Both the position numbers and the translations under genes were made by a program. This document shows, piece after piece, positions 14,036-29,691 of a stretch of DNA of 64,000 nt. The notes below the pieces were generated by a model. The model did no database searches. It had not been told where the DNA came from and worked only from the letters and a program-made list of their open reading frames with translations. The number at the start of each line of letters is the position of its first letter. Within the stretch, counting starts at the first letter, position 1. Origin of the DNA: Eledone cirrhosa (lineage: Eukaryota); the NCBI GenBank assembly GCA_964016885.1, contig OZ024747.1:57970001-58034000 (forward strand), written 5' to 3'.

Positions 14036-14156
14036 ATCTAAGTATCTATCTATTTATCTATCCATCTATCTATCATTATTCATCTCTCTCTCTCTCCCCT
14101 CTCCCTTTCTCTCTCTCTCTCCCCTCTCCCTTTCTCTCTCTCTCTCTCTCTCACTC

Positions 14157-15400
<1,244 letters not shown>

Positions 15401-17538
15401 TATAGATGTCTATGTTTGTGTGTGGGTTCGTATATGTATAAAAATATACATACATACATAAATATACATAAATATATTAGAGAAAGAGAGAAATATAGAG
15501 CAAGAGGCCATGGGTCTGAGATAGGTTGGAAGTTGTCATACACAGAATAAAAATGAGAGGAGATATCTGTATTGTCTTGGACTGACAACCATGACTTCTC
15601 AAATGTTTCAAGTATTTCTTTAAATAGTAAATTGCATTAAGCGTCTGTAAACCGTCGTCGTCGTCTTTGTCGTCTTCACCACCACCGCCGCCCCCACCTC
15701 AGCAGCAGCAGTAGTAGTAGTAGCATTAATCTGCTTATTCAGAATAGAACGATAAATAATTACACTACATACATTCTCAGGATTCATTATCTTGCCAACA
15801 CGTCCTGTGCTAGAAATCATAGCTCAAATATAGAAGCCCAAATATATAACAAACATATTTTCCTACCTAGGCACAAGTACACAAATATCACAAGGAAGAA
15901 GTTAGAGGATCACATCTACATCAGTTCTTGGTTGAGACTTTATTTTCGTTGATTCCTGTAAGAAATAAATGCAAGGTTCTAAGAAAATAAAGAACGAGAA
16001 GAAAGTTTCTCTCCATCTACAGACCTATAGGTAATAACTGTTTCTAATTGTGTTCATAGTTCAGTAATTAGGAGCAGAGAGTTATGTCGACGAAATCAAC
16101 CCCAGCACTTGACTGGGCTTTTATTTTATGTAAAGAACCGGAACAAAACGCCATGAGACATTTTGTACGATGTTGAAACGATTCTATCAATAATCATATA
16201 AAACCTAGTTATATTGAGCAAATAGACCTCTAATCACATATTGCGATCCTACAAAATATTCACCTGACAGGTATTGCGGATGCACATACATCCACATACA
16301 CACGTATAACATGCTAAATATGCAAACTCATGTGACCTGTGGCCGTGCTTTATATAACGTTTGTTAATTACGATTTCACTTATGCATTTTGTATGTATGA
16401 CAACTTTAATGCCCTATGTGTGTCCTGTTTGCTTGAGAGATATTCCAAGATAATTGCAATAGGTTGGGTGGAACTTTAGAATATGATCCCTTAAATAGAT
16501 ATCAGATACTTAGTGATATATCAGCAGTATAATGTACGAACTAAATAAAGGACACAGTTTCTCCATGGAAAGAGCACATGATAAGCAGTAACACCTTCAG
16601 ACAACCACGTCAGCGCTAATAGGTTGTGCATAAATCTATCTTCTGTCGACCAGAAATATGAAAGTGGAATGTTATGCAGATCAGTTCATAGAGTTGAGAC
16701 CTTGGAAATATTTCGAATGACAGCAACTTGAATGTAGAATTAAGTTAATACATATTCATAATAGGAATTCACAACAGCTTTCAAGGAGAATATGGGAATT
16801 GATTAATCTTGTAATCATTATGCCAAGGGTAAACATTATTCAAAGCTGTATTTAAATATATTAATAGAATTGCCTACTAGATGGGGCCCGGCAATATGTG
16901 TTTAACATTGGTAGATTCATTTCAGAAACACACATCAAAATTCCAACAGAATAAAAAACAGTCTTCGAAAATGTTCTGATCCTTTAAAGCTTTCACTGAT
17001 CTATGTGTGAAGTGATAATCTCATTGTTATTGCTGTTATTGCTGAATCTTTGTCTGTTCCAAAGTGAAATTCACGTGCTAGAGACTGAACATTCCGAACA
17101 AACTTGTACCTTTATCTTAGTTCTCAGGGAAACTGTGACAATCTATAGCAAAGCAAACTATTTGAAATACAGGTACTAATTACTTTACCTCTGATTGGAC
17201 TATAACAACCAGAAATAAAGTGTCCTGCTTAAGGACACAACACGCTACCGGAAATTGAACAGACGACCATATATTTGTGAGCCAAGAGCCATTAAATGAT
17301 AAATTCGTAACCTATGGAGAAACGAAGGTTCTGACGTGAGTGACCTCGTCATACCTTGCCAAACTAACTTATCTAAAACCTCCACTGAATCTATATTTAT
17401 TAGTGACAGATTCAGTGCAAGAATATAAAAAATACGTTATTCTCGTGACAATAACTTTAATATCCTATATTTCAATGATTTTCAGCGCCATAGAATTTCT
17501 ACATTCAATTTCAGAATTAAATTATACATATATATATA

Positions 17539-18830
17539 TAACAATACAACAGAACAAATGCGAATAAATAAGGAAAATATGTTTATTCAAAAATATAGAC
17601 CAACATTAAATAAGGTTTAATATACATTATGTCAACACCACAATATGACATACACACACACACACATAACACCTTCTACTTTAGAAAATAAAAACCCGAA
17701 CTAAATAAACCTTAACATACGTTTGCACTGGCAATACAACAGCAAACACGAAAAAGTAAGGAAAATATGTTCATTCAAAAATATTCCTACTAAAGGAATC
17801 ACTTTCCTACACACACACATACACACACACACAATATATATATATATATATATATATATTCTCTTCATCTTAACATGCTAACCATACTCCCACACACATA
17901 ACACCCATACACACACATAACAACCCCCACACCTACAACTCCCTCCCCATTTCTACTAATAGAACCACTTTCCTACACACACATATATATATACACACAC
18001 ACAAAATATATATTCTCTCCATCTTAACATACTCGCACACACACACATAATACCCATATACACACACACACAACTCCCTCCCTCATCTCTACTAATAGAA
18101 TCATCTTCCAATACACACATACACACACACACACACAAGCACACAAATAAACATACATATCTTCAGTCTCAATAGAAAATCTGAACTCTGACACCCCGGC
18201 GAGCTGGCCATATTCACTGAACCAGAACATTTCTCCCAATCCCTTTTCTCTTGACCACTATCTCTCCATTGTCATAACATTCACTATAAAGACTACAGAA
18301 TAGTTTTCCAAATAAGGGCGCAAAAATGTAATGAAAACTTGTTCACGTGACAGCCAAATTTCATTTATAACCAACCAAAAAAAAAGCCTTCGTGAGCCTC
18401 CTTTTTTCAAGTAAAAAGAAATTCAAACACTCATATATGAAAAAACAACCTGTGACAACCCCCCCCCCCCACTTTCTTATTTGAAGAACTATTGTAACGC
18501 GAACTGGCGCGAAATTTATTATAATTATTGACAAACCAATCAAATTACTTCTCGAAAAACCTGGCATTTCGAGCCACTTTTTCCATATAAAACAAGTAAC
18601 ATTCTGAGACCAACCAGATGTGAGAAAAACCACAGACCCTCCATCTCAACTCACCTTTTGAAAAGCAGAAGAACTGCGAAACCGGTAAAGGAACCAAATA
18701 AATATATATATTTAAAAAAAAAATAAGACTTCAGTTGCATTTTCGATTTCATCTCTTTTTCTTTATACTTTTACTCGTGTAGGACACCTCGGTTATTTTT
18801 CATTTTGTAAAAAAAAACCTTACTTTCTAA
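17539..18830 (+). mobile_element. Penelope-like element 3' fragment (end of GIY-YIG, 3' UTR, pLTR with HHR)
   Basis: Matches 46160-47090 (KENMFIQKYRP.LN..*). Ends with the HHR at 18654-18691, then TA. TA-flanked on both sides. Confidence 0.85.
18654..18691 (+). ncRNA. Minimal type I hammerhead ribozyme with U3:A8 core
   Basis: cctt TTGAAAA GCAG-aagaa-CTGC GAAA CCGG TA aagg: perfect stems I and II, palindromic stem III ACCGGT, GUA triplet. Confidence 0.85.
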
Positions 18831-19393
18831 TATATATATATATAAATGAAATAGAAGGAAAGGAAATTTCATTTCTCACTCTTAGTACGGCAGTTACTTA
18901 AAAACTATATATATATATACATAAAGGAACGATCGACATTCGTCAAATCAAACCGAGGAAACAGTGCTTTCATTGGTCTTTCCAATTGCTAATACTATCT
19001 ATCGGTCGCAACTCCAGGTAGAATATATATATATGGGTCACATATTCAGGAAAATGTTTCTGAAGGTTATAGCCAGACAACATTGTTTTCAGGTAAATAA
19101 CACGATTACATTTTAAATTTTTGTTGACAGGAGATATTTGATATCACGTTGGAAATTACTTTGTAAATCGTACATAATAGCTGATGTAATCAATATAAAA
19201 CTACAATTGTAAATCTATAATGTGATCTCGAAAAGATACAGTTGTGATTTATATGTTAGTCTTGTCGTATTAGAGGAGGGCTCTGGTGTGAGAGATGAAT
19301 TACTTTCTACTATCAATCCCACAAAAGTAAATGAGGACCGTTAAACGTGCCATTCACTAATCCCCTTTTCACACTGATTAATTCACACTCATG

Positions 19394-19487
<94 letters not shown>

Positions 19488-19496
19488 CATATATTC

Positions 19497-19750
19497 ATAC
19501 AGTAATGTACTGGGTAATTGCTCGCCTTGTGCTGAAAGTAGAAACACTTATATAATAATATATGTATATATGTATGTATATACATATATTCATACATATA
19601 TACATACATACATATATACATATATTATTATATAATTGTTTCTACTTTCAGCACAAGGCGAGCAATTACCCAGTACATTACTGGTACTTTATTTTATTGA
19701 CCTCGTAAGGATGAAAGGCAAAGTTAACTTTGGCGGGAATTGAACTCAGA
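19497..19750. mobile_element. SINE family A 3' end in a fold-back arrangement around a TA-rich centre
   Basis: cagtaatgtactgggtaattgctcgccttgtgctgaaagtagaaaca (19500-19547) and its reverse complement (19637-19683), continuing into the SINE body on the minus strand. Confidence 0.8.
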
Positions 19751-19851
19751 TATTACTATAGAATGGTCAGTATATATACTTTGAGCTTGTTTAATTGCAG
19801 GGTATGTATCAATATGAGTTAATAACTCTGTATTTTATTTGTACATATACA

Positions 19852-19894
<43 letters not shown>

Positions 19895-19905
19895 TATATA
19901 TATAT

Positions 19906-20110
19906 TTATTAAAATAACAGATTAAAGTTTAAGCAAAGAATCGCTGCTTTCACCCTTAACGGGATCTTCTTAAGGGTGAAAGCAGCGATTCTTTGCTTAA
20001 ACCTTAATCTGTTATTTTAATAAATATTTGCTCTACGGTTCTTATATATCTGATATATATTTATCCTTATCGAGCCCTCTTTGGATTTTAGTCGTCGAAT
20101 TTATTATTAT
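19906..20110. mobile_element. Fold-back of family C pLTR-like repeat
   Basis: ttattaaaataacagattaaag...cacccttaacgggatcttct|taagggtgaaagcagcg...ctgttattttaataa; TA tracts on both sides. Confidence 0.8.
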
Positions 20111-20565
20111 TACTATATATATATATATATATATATATAAGCGTATGTGAGTACATGTGTGCGTGTGCTTGTGTGTAAGCATAATATGCTATATTATAAT
20201 ACGTATCTTGATGTAGATTTTGCTCGGAATAAGATATATAACAATTGTGCAGATAAAAAGCGAATAATTTTCTGTCATAATTTTACATACACATATACCC
20301 ACATACCCACACACACATCCCTCTACCCCTCTCATATATATTACGTTTAAATTATTGTAGATATATATCCAAATTAATAAGAACACTGCTGTTTATCCAG
20401 GAAATATGAAAATCGTATGATAAAGTATAATTTCGTTATGGGTCAAGGAATATGAATAGTAAATTAAGACCATCCGAGTGAAATACTATACTGTTTTGCG
20501 TAAGTAGTATATAGAAAATGATTTGAAAATACCGATTACTAATTATGTGAGTCAGTGTCGACCTA

Positions 20566-20660
<95 letters not shown>

Positions 20661-20684
20661 TTGTGTGTGTTTGTGTGTGTGCGT

Positions 20685-20903
20685 GTGAAGGTGCGTGCTT
20701 GAGTGGTAATAGAATTGTTTTCACAATCGTGAAGTTGTAAGATTGATTTCTGGACCGAATGATGCGTTATGTCCTTGAACAAGACACTTTATTTCGCATT
20801 GTTCCTTCTACCTGGAGATGCGACCGACAGATAGTATTAGCAATTGGAAAAACGAACGGAAACATTGTTTCCTCGGTCCGATTTGACGAAAGTCGATCGA
20901 CTA

Positions 20904-20905
<2 letters not shown>
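20685..20905 (+). mobile_element. tRNA-derived SINE family B with an HHR-like 3' end running into (TA)n
   Basis: gagtggtaataga...gtccttgaacaagacactt...cggtccgat TTGACGA aagtcgatcgactat GAAT atata. Confidence 0.7.
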
Positions 20906-20972
<67 letters not shown>

Positions 20973-22991
20973 GTATGTGTATATAGACGTATGAGATGAG
21001 ACATTTAGATAATGTATATTGTGTAGGGTTTGGGTGTGGTTTGTTAGACCTTCATCAGTTACAACTTAAGATTTCAAGAAACAGTCTGCTTGAGTAATGA
21101 ACGTACACGTTGCTCGCCATTTTACTACTTGGTGAGATTCGGCGTGAGGAAATGTGTGATACGACTTTCCTATTTTAATAACATGTATAGAGAGTTTTTG
21201 CTAGTCGGACTAGAGCACTGTGAAAATATGTGTCTGACTAAAGGACACAACACACCGCTGGAAGTCAAAATCCACAACATACGTTCACGAGGCGAGCACC
21301 CAAACGATTAGATCTCGTGACTTGACGATTGTGTATAATAAGGAGTTTGTAATAATGCGTTTATGATGAAGTATTTATCCTCGGCTTATTTCAATATATT
21401 ATTTCAAGACAGTGACAGACATTTACCAAACATCCACTAGAAAACAAAATATCCTAAATAATTTAGTCACCTTCATTCTTTTCTTCTTTGGTTGTTGTTG
21501 GATTTGATTTTTTCTCAATTAGAAACTATTCAGATGTAGAAAATATAAACAAAACGAAATATTGCTTTTCTGACACTAATATTTTCTCAAGCTATATGAG
21601 TTTATTGTTTGTTTATTTAATCTAATTATGAAGCCAATATGACAACATAAATACGAGATAATAAGGCTAAACAATTTTACCTGTTTATATTACAATTATG
21701 TTAAATCTAACATCTCGTGTTACTATTAAAACAAAGTGAATGACAACAAAATAAAATACCAAATAAATAAGCACAGTTTCTTCTGCTTAAATGTCCAATC
21801 ATATTATATGTCATGGTGGGAATCTTGATTTAGAAGTTACAAATGGATTGGGCTAATGTAAAATAACTATCTAATTTCCGGTTTCAATTTTGATCCTCAA
21901 CGTGGGTTTTAATCATTTTAATCATTTCTATAATACATGGTGTGATACACTATCTCTTAGACTGAAATCTATTTAATGAGACTTGATGTATGTTCAGATT
22001 TCTATTACTTCAATTTCTGAGGTAAATTCTTTTAAAGATATATACTGAATTGAAATATACATGTTGGTCTAATAGTACAAATATTTGGCAAACGTTTGTA
22101 AATAAATTATGATTAACTTCTGCTTAGTTGCCAGTTTAATTAACAGATATTGAGTATGACATTTTAATTTAGCAGTATCATTTGCTGGCAATATATTAGA
22201 CGTCCTGCATTAATTTCCAGAAACATTTTAAAGCAAAAGAAATTTAGAAGTTCACTTAAAACACAAGTAGATTCCGGTTCAATTCCACTTCTACGTGAGA
22301 CTTGGGTTGTCCGATGACTTGACAGGAAATTCGGAACAGAGAAATAATTGAATCCGCCAGCCCTTCTAAACCTCGGCGTACTTTTCATTACTGCTGTAGC
22401 CAGACTTACACGTTTGCAAGCCCACAGGATACGCCCTCAGCATGAAGGTTTCTACTCTGTCAGTAATATGTCTTGTTGCCTTCAAATACATGTTACAGAG
22501 GCTCAATAATACTTAATGTTCACTAGATGAACTGACTATATAACAAATACTACAAGGAAAAAATACCTCATAATAGAAGCGTATATATTATTCACAAAAA
22601 TGATAGAAACCCATTTAATATTTATAAACATAACAAACTATTACTCAGATAAGCCCGAAGCCAACAGACGAGTTATAGTTTTTGTTGTTAGAGGGTTTGG
22701 ATAGAACATGACGAAACATTTTGTTGTCAGTGTCAGTTGGGAAATACTAAATTCTAAGAAAGAAACATTGAAAAGATTTCAAGATAGAGCATTGGGAGAC
22801 AAAGCTGTATAAGACATGACATTTCGTCTGTAGATCCTATCACTCAACTAGAATTTTTGTTTCATAAATGACACTTATAAAATATGCTTCCCAAGAGCTT
22901 GAACACTACAGAACTGGATTTGGAAGCACCGATATCTTGCGTTGTCCTGATCTATAACAATTGATCTAATTCGTAGCCTTCTCTTCAGTGC

Positions 22992-23061
<70 letters not shown>

Positions 23062-23065
23062 TGAG

Positions 23066-23109
<44 letters not shown>

Positions 23110-23171
23110 ATATGTACATACATGTATATATATATATATGTATATATTTATATATATATATATACTATATG

Positions 23172-23226
<55 letters not shown>

Positions 23227-23703
23227 CCTAAATTCACCATAGACCAAAGAATGAAAACCAGCTTCCTTTGAATTGCAGATTACACCTGATAAATATAAAC
23301 ATTACACATGTCATATCTGATGCCAGTTTTGACAGAAGTCAGATACGAATAGAGAAAGAGAGGGAGTGACAGAGGGGGTCAATGAGGTGGAGTGTATAAA
23401 AAGGAGTTATAGACGCGCATAAAACACACACATACCGACATTTATTAGAGATGTACGTTTGTACCCATAATTTTGCGAGATTTTCCCTTCCTAACATTTT
23501 ATGAATATATATTATATTCAAACACACAGTTACACGCTTGAGTGTATGTGTAATAATGTGGGTAGGCCCGTGCCCATATATGTGTGCATCTGGGTGTATA
23601 TCTGTGTTTATACGTATAATGTTGTTTGTGTCATATTCATCTATCTATCTATACACACACATATATATATATAAATGTATATAAATAAATCATATATATA
23701 TAT

Positions 23704-23760
<57 letters not shown>

Positions 23761-23919
23761 TGTGTGTGTGTGCTCACGTGTGGGCATGTGCGTGTTTGTA
23801 TGGCTGCGTGTCTGCGTCCGTGCTTGCTTCCATGTTCGTTTGTGTATGTTTTCATGTGTTCGCCCAAAGTTGCCTGCGTGTGTGTTTATGCATTATTCAG
23901 TGTTTGTGTGTAATTTCTA

Positions 23920-24650
23920 AACGTCAATCAACATATGTTTTCATCTTCCCCACAGAATTTCCAACCCTGGTACACGTCAGTCATGAAGATTTATGATTTC
24001 CATCACATGTCATGGGTCCCATGAAAGTCAATATCAAAATATTTATGCCTATTACCCTATTTATGTCTTTCGATTCTTTCTCTTATTTTGCAGCTTCTGT
24101 GAGGATTTATTTTTTCTTTTCTGACAGACATATCTTTACCAAAATTCCTTCACCTTTACCCCATTCTGGATTGGTAAATACTAAAACGCTCCACAACATT
24201 ATTTTCGTTCTAATGTATACAAATTAGAATGCCGCCTGCCTTATCAGATATAACGCCATTACCATTAATCTCCCGTGATAATACCCTTTCGTGTCCCTTA
24301 CGTTAGACAACCATATATCTCATTTTCCCCGAAGAAAACTATAGTTTCACTTCGTATCACATATTTCATTAATGAATCTGTCACTACGAAAACCCAAGTC
24401 CCAATTTAAACATTTGACATCATATGTCAATTCTTCATCATACTAGATAGATAAAGAGCTTTTTACATTATTGCAAATATCTACTGATTTTTCGACGCCA
24501 TTGTAACGTCTTTCTACAATCCGTAACCTTTATTTAAGTCTCACCAATCCTTGTTAATCAATGTTTGCAGATTCCCCATTTACAAGTTAATAGGCTACCA
24601 AGATATATTTACGTGTCTAACGAGCTCCTATGTCAGCCAAAGAGCCAGGA
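23920..24650 (-). mobile_element. Very old RTE-like LINE C-terminal remnant (tentative)
   Basis: Weak minus-strand peptides LMKYVIRSET (cf. LLYGSETW) and LTFMGPM...VGNSVGR (cf. L.FFGH...G.R.RGR), with stops. Confidence 0.25.
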
Positions 24651-25004
24651 AAATGAAGGGAGACAAGTGATTATGTTAGGTCTACGTCTTTGTGTTAGTA
24701 TCTAAGTATTTAAGAAGGCGCGTGGCATAGTGGTTAGTGTGTTTGACTCAATTTCATAAGGTAAGGAATTTGATTCGCTCAGCTGACAGGGCATTGATCC
24801 AGTACGAAGCGGTAACAATGAGTTGTTCCAGTAATTCATAAACCCAGCTTTGTTACGTATTCTAGCGCTGATTCTCCCTCAGAATTACGTTAACGGCACC
24901 CGTGGCTGTGGAATACTCAGACACTTGCACATATCTATCATGAGCAAGTTATTTTGATGGAATAACTGAAACACATGTCGTTGGAACCAACGGATTTCCA
25001 TTAT

Positions 25005-25188
25005 TGGATTGGCAGTATCGGTAGAGGGTCGGACGCCATGCTTTCCAGCATAGTTACGTCCCTTTACGATCTGAGTTCAAATCCCGCCGAGGTTGACTTT
25101 GGCCTTTCATCCTTACGGGGTCGATAAAATAAAGTACCAGTAATGCACTGGGTAATTGCTGGCCTTGTGCCTAAAGTAGAAACAATTA
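25005..25188 (+). mobile_element. tRNA-derived SINE, family A (full length)
   Basis: A box tggcagtatcggtag, B box gagttcaaatccc, body ctttcatccttacggggtcgataaaataaagtaccag, tail tgtgcctaaagtagaaacaatta. Nearly identical to 40616-40804. Confidence 0.85.
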
Positions 25189-25717
25189 TATATGCCCCTA
25201 TATATATGGTCGTGCGTATATACGCGGGTAAATCAAACATTTTCTGCTCTTTCACCATAACATACCTTTTGGATTGTCAGACTAGTCTCTCTGCGTAGAT
25301 TTATGCGCATATTCAGGTAATGTTTCTAGTGTAATGCTTATGTGTAATGTGTATTGTACTCGGGTTGGTTAAATATACACATATCAAAATGAATAAGGTT
25401 ATAGCAGAAAGCCTAACATTTAAAATGTATATAATCAGGCTTGTTCAAATTCACAAATCATCTATATTGAATGATGATATTTCCTGTTACACTAAAGAAA
25501 ATATATATCTTAAACACGGAATACATCCTACATACGTGCGTATATCATATACGTATACACCATATAAAAAGTTATGAATAAATAAGTTCAATCTGTAGTT
25601 TGATATTCCGTGCAAGTTCCTCTAAATAATTCTCTTGAATGAAAATATTTGTCATCTAACTGTACGTCCTGTATTTACAGTTCTGGTGTGAACATTTCGA
25701 CTTGGTCTCGTTTAATA

Positions 25718-25903
25718 TAATTGTTTCTACTTTAGGCAAAAGGACAGCAATTACCAGTGCATTACTGGTACTTTATTTTATCGACCCTGTAAGGATGAAA
25801 GGCAAAGTTAACCTCGGCGAGATTAGAACTCAGAATGGCAAGGGCCGTAACTCTATGCATCAAAACATGGCGTCCGACTCTTCTACCGATACTGCAAATC
25901 CAC
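25718..25903 (-). mobile_element. SINE family A
   Basis: Reverse complement of the 25005-25188 consensus. Confidence 0.8.
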
Positions 25904-26519
25904 AATCATAGGAACACTGAGTCGAGGCTCACAATACACCACAACATATGTGTGATAGAGTCTATTGTTGGTCTCTCGAATTACAAAAATAGCAACCAAA
26001 TATTCACCAAACAAACAATCTCCTTACTCGAAATAAAAACAGATATTGAATAATATTGTTCCACTGGATCATGTCCGACAACAAAAGACATTGATCGATT
26101 CATTATTTTTCTCAACAGAATGAAATTGAGATTTTTCAAATCTGTACATTATTGGTGTGAAAAAATATATTTTTAATATGAGGAACTCTACTCAGTACAT
26201 AATCAATATCCTAATCAATATTTAATCAGTTGAGTATAGAAATCCAGAAATAGATCGCTGAGAGATTAAATTCATAGATAATTTAAGGCACTAGCATGCC
26301 ATATACAGAAGTCCACAACTCATTTTGTGCAAACGCAACTGTATACATTGGAAAATATTATAGACGTGGCAAATATACGAATGTTTGCGCATCATCTTAA
26401 TATGTTTCATTTAAAAATAACAGACAAAAAATAAATTAATATTAAATATTCGCACATATGATATAAATCCATTTTGTATTTCTTTCATTTACAGAGAATC
26501 AGAATAATTTCTTTGTCAG

Positions 26520-26677
26520 AGAACAATAATAACAACGGCAAAAACAACAACAACAACAACAACAAAACAACAACAACAACAACAGCAACAACACCAATAA
26601 TAATTATAATAACAATAATAATGATGATAATAATAATAATAATAATGATAATAATAATAGTAATAATAATAATAATA

Positions 26678-26711
<34 letters not shown>

Positions 26712-26712
26712 C
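26520..26712. repeat. (AAC)n/(AAT)n trinucleotide microsatellite
   Basis: Seen directly in the sequence. Confidence 0.95.
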
Positions 26713-29403
26713 ATAGATTGTTTAAAAAAACAATCAAAGGAAATCAAAATGATGCTGCGTTTCTATATTGAAATATGTTTCCTTGCTGCAGAAGTGATAT
26801 ATTTTCTTCATAATTATATTGAATAATTTGCTAGGAAATAACGTAGATATTTTAATGGTAATATATTTTCTACGTTTGTTTATTTTTCTGTAGTAATTCA
26901 ACATTTTGCAATATGATTAATAAATAATTGTGTAAAAACACGTGAAGTCATTTACTCACACGCTGGCATAGTAACTCTGTCCAACACGTGTGCGTGTGTG
27001 ATTGTGTGTATGGAAACACTCACAGATGTATGTTAACATCACGCACCCCTGCACCTGTAATTTTGTATTTTCATATACATGCACCTCATAGATATACATG
27101 ATATTTATATATATATACATATGTGTGTGTGTATGTGTGTGAGTGTAAGTGTGTGTGTGTGTGTGCATATATGCAAATATGTGTACGTATATATATGTAT
27201 ATATATATATATATGTTCATATATATATATATATATATATATAAATTATATATATGCAACAATATTTGTTTATATTTACGCATACACATATGTTATATAA
27301 TTCCCATGAGTGTCATTGAAACTATTATGCATTTATACACATGAATAAATATTTTGAAAACCGCTTTTTATTTCGTGCGCATATAAGAAGGAGAGAGATA
27401 ATGACAAGGAGACAGAAGCATATCATGTGTAGGGGTGGGGGCTGAAATATATGTGCAGAGAGAATGAGAGTTATAGAGAAGGTGAAAAGAGAGAGAGGGG
27501 GTGGGGGAGAGGGAGAGAAAGAGAGAGATAGAGTAAGAGAGATAGGGGAAAACACGAATAAATGTTTGTATATATACGTATGGATATTGAAACATTTATT
27601 TTGAAATCACAATTGCCTTGAATTAATGTTCAATGAAGAATAGTCATATGCATTGTCCTTATTACCATAAGTTTTGTTTTGAACCGAAAACAATTTAAAT
27701 ACAAATTCTCGATTTTCTGAATTCACATTTCTTACATGGTATCTAACATATCCTGAGGTTGACCTAAATCTCAAGAATGTAATTTGGTATTAGAAAACTG
27801 TGAGGAATTCTATTGAATAGTGTAGGCCTATTCTAGTGATACAAACCTAATATATCGCCCTGTTTAACACGACAATCTCTTTTATTGGAGCTCACATTTT
27901 ATTTCAAATTTTCAGACCATGTTTATTTAAAATCATGTTTCTTTTCCTAAACTGTAAGACAGAGAGCAATAGATAAGCGCCGGAAATTATGTTCTAAAGA
28001 TTTGGCTTCCACACAGTCTATTAAATATATTGCGTGGCACAACACACAACAGAACAAAATGTTATGCTTGTTAATTTTGAATTCTTGTGTAAAAAGTCTC
28101 ATACTTTAGGCCACGTATATGTCTTGACATATTTATCTACAACTAAGTGGTTTGCGCTAATACAAAATTACAAATCTTGCGTATCGAGGAAGATAGAGTA
28201 TCAGCAATAATAAACTAGTGGTTTCCATTGAGTGGTTCTGAGATATGAATCTGTTTTGATACTGTCATTCCTGCTCCCTGATAGAAATATAAGACCATAT
28301 TTCTTCTAATATATATTACAATAGATTTGATAACATCCATTTACCCCATCAGAACTGGATATCAGAACGTGATTATAACTATTGAAATTAATGAGGTAAA
28401 ATACTTATTCAATTGGCCTTGCGGTATTCTTAGTTTCAATTGCGGCTAACCTGGAAATGTATTCATTAAGATTGTGTGTGAAAAGCTTATAATATGCTGG
28501 CATATAAATCGCATACATTCTAATTACAGCCACGTGTATCAGAGGAGATATAATATGTAACATAAAATTAATGTAGATTCTAATTTACCCTACAGGAAAT
28601 AGACTAACCAGATTATAGACTGTGAAACATCTGAAGAATAGTTAGAAAGCAGTAATTTCGTGATCAAACTTTTCAGCAATAAAATAAAAAAGCAACTAAG
28701 AAAAGAAATATGTGACAAAGAGCACATATTTGTGGCAGAAGTGTAGAAAAACATTGTATTTCATTGTTGTTTAACTTCCTTGAATGTCAACTGAGACTGC
28801 GAATGAAACAAATGCTGACAATAAACACCGTGTTTAAATCATCATTGAGAGAAGTAGATAAGTTAAGAGAAATTTGTCGAACTGAGTAATAAAGCTGAAA
28901 ATTTCGTTTAAATATATTACCTACTTTACTTGTTTAGGCAATGAAAATAAACATGACATTCTATGAGACTTTACACGTTGTTTGATTAATAAAATGGTTT
29001 AAGGTAGCGAACAAAGTGAGAATAGAGGGATATACATCTAGATTTAGACTCATGTTACATCTTATTTATTTTAAACAGGCGCTAAAACTGTATCACACTA
29101 TCTACAGTTCAGGAAATATGTATATATATATTCCAAGTAATTGTCATTATATATTTTGCCTTTCATCCTTACCGGGTCGATAAAATAAAGTACCAGTGAG
29201 GAGCTGGAGGATTGCTGGCCTTGTGCCAAAGGTGGAAACACTTATATATAACACAGCACCAGTAACGTGGCCAGGTTTCAGTCGATGTCAATAGAGTATA
29301 GCTATATATCAACATTTTCTCACGAATTAATGAAATAAAAATGAAAAGAAAAAAAACTACCAGCAGTATCAACTCTGTACTGCAATTGCCAAGTGGAGAG
29401 AGA

Positions 29404-29491
<88 letters not shown>

Positions 29492-29691
29492 AGAAGAGGA
29501 GGAAAATACCTTCAACATTGACAACAGTGAAATATTGCTGTTAAGAATGATACAAGCATGTAGTGCCAAACTCAAACACACAACCGAAATTGCGTAGCTA
29601 TTTATTCATGTATGTATGTATGTATGTATGTATGTATGTATGTATGTATGTATGTATGTATGTATGTATGTATGCATGCATGTATGTGTAA

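Noticed and set aside
21020-21075. Minus-strand CTGATGA-aggtc possible HHR
   Set aside because: No downstream stem II partner or GAAA; at most a truncated remnant.
25005-25090. tRNA-like A/B boxes
   Set aside because: These are SINE heads with no complete cloverleaf, followed by a SINE body.
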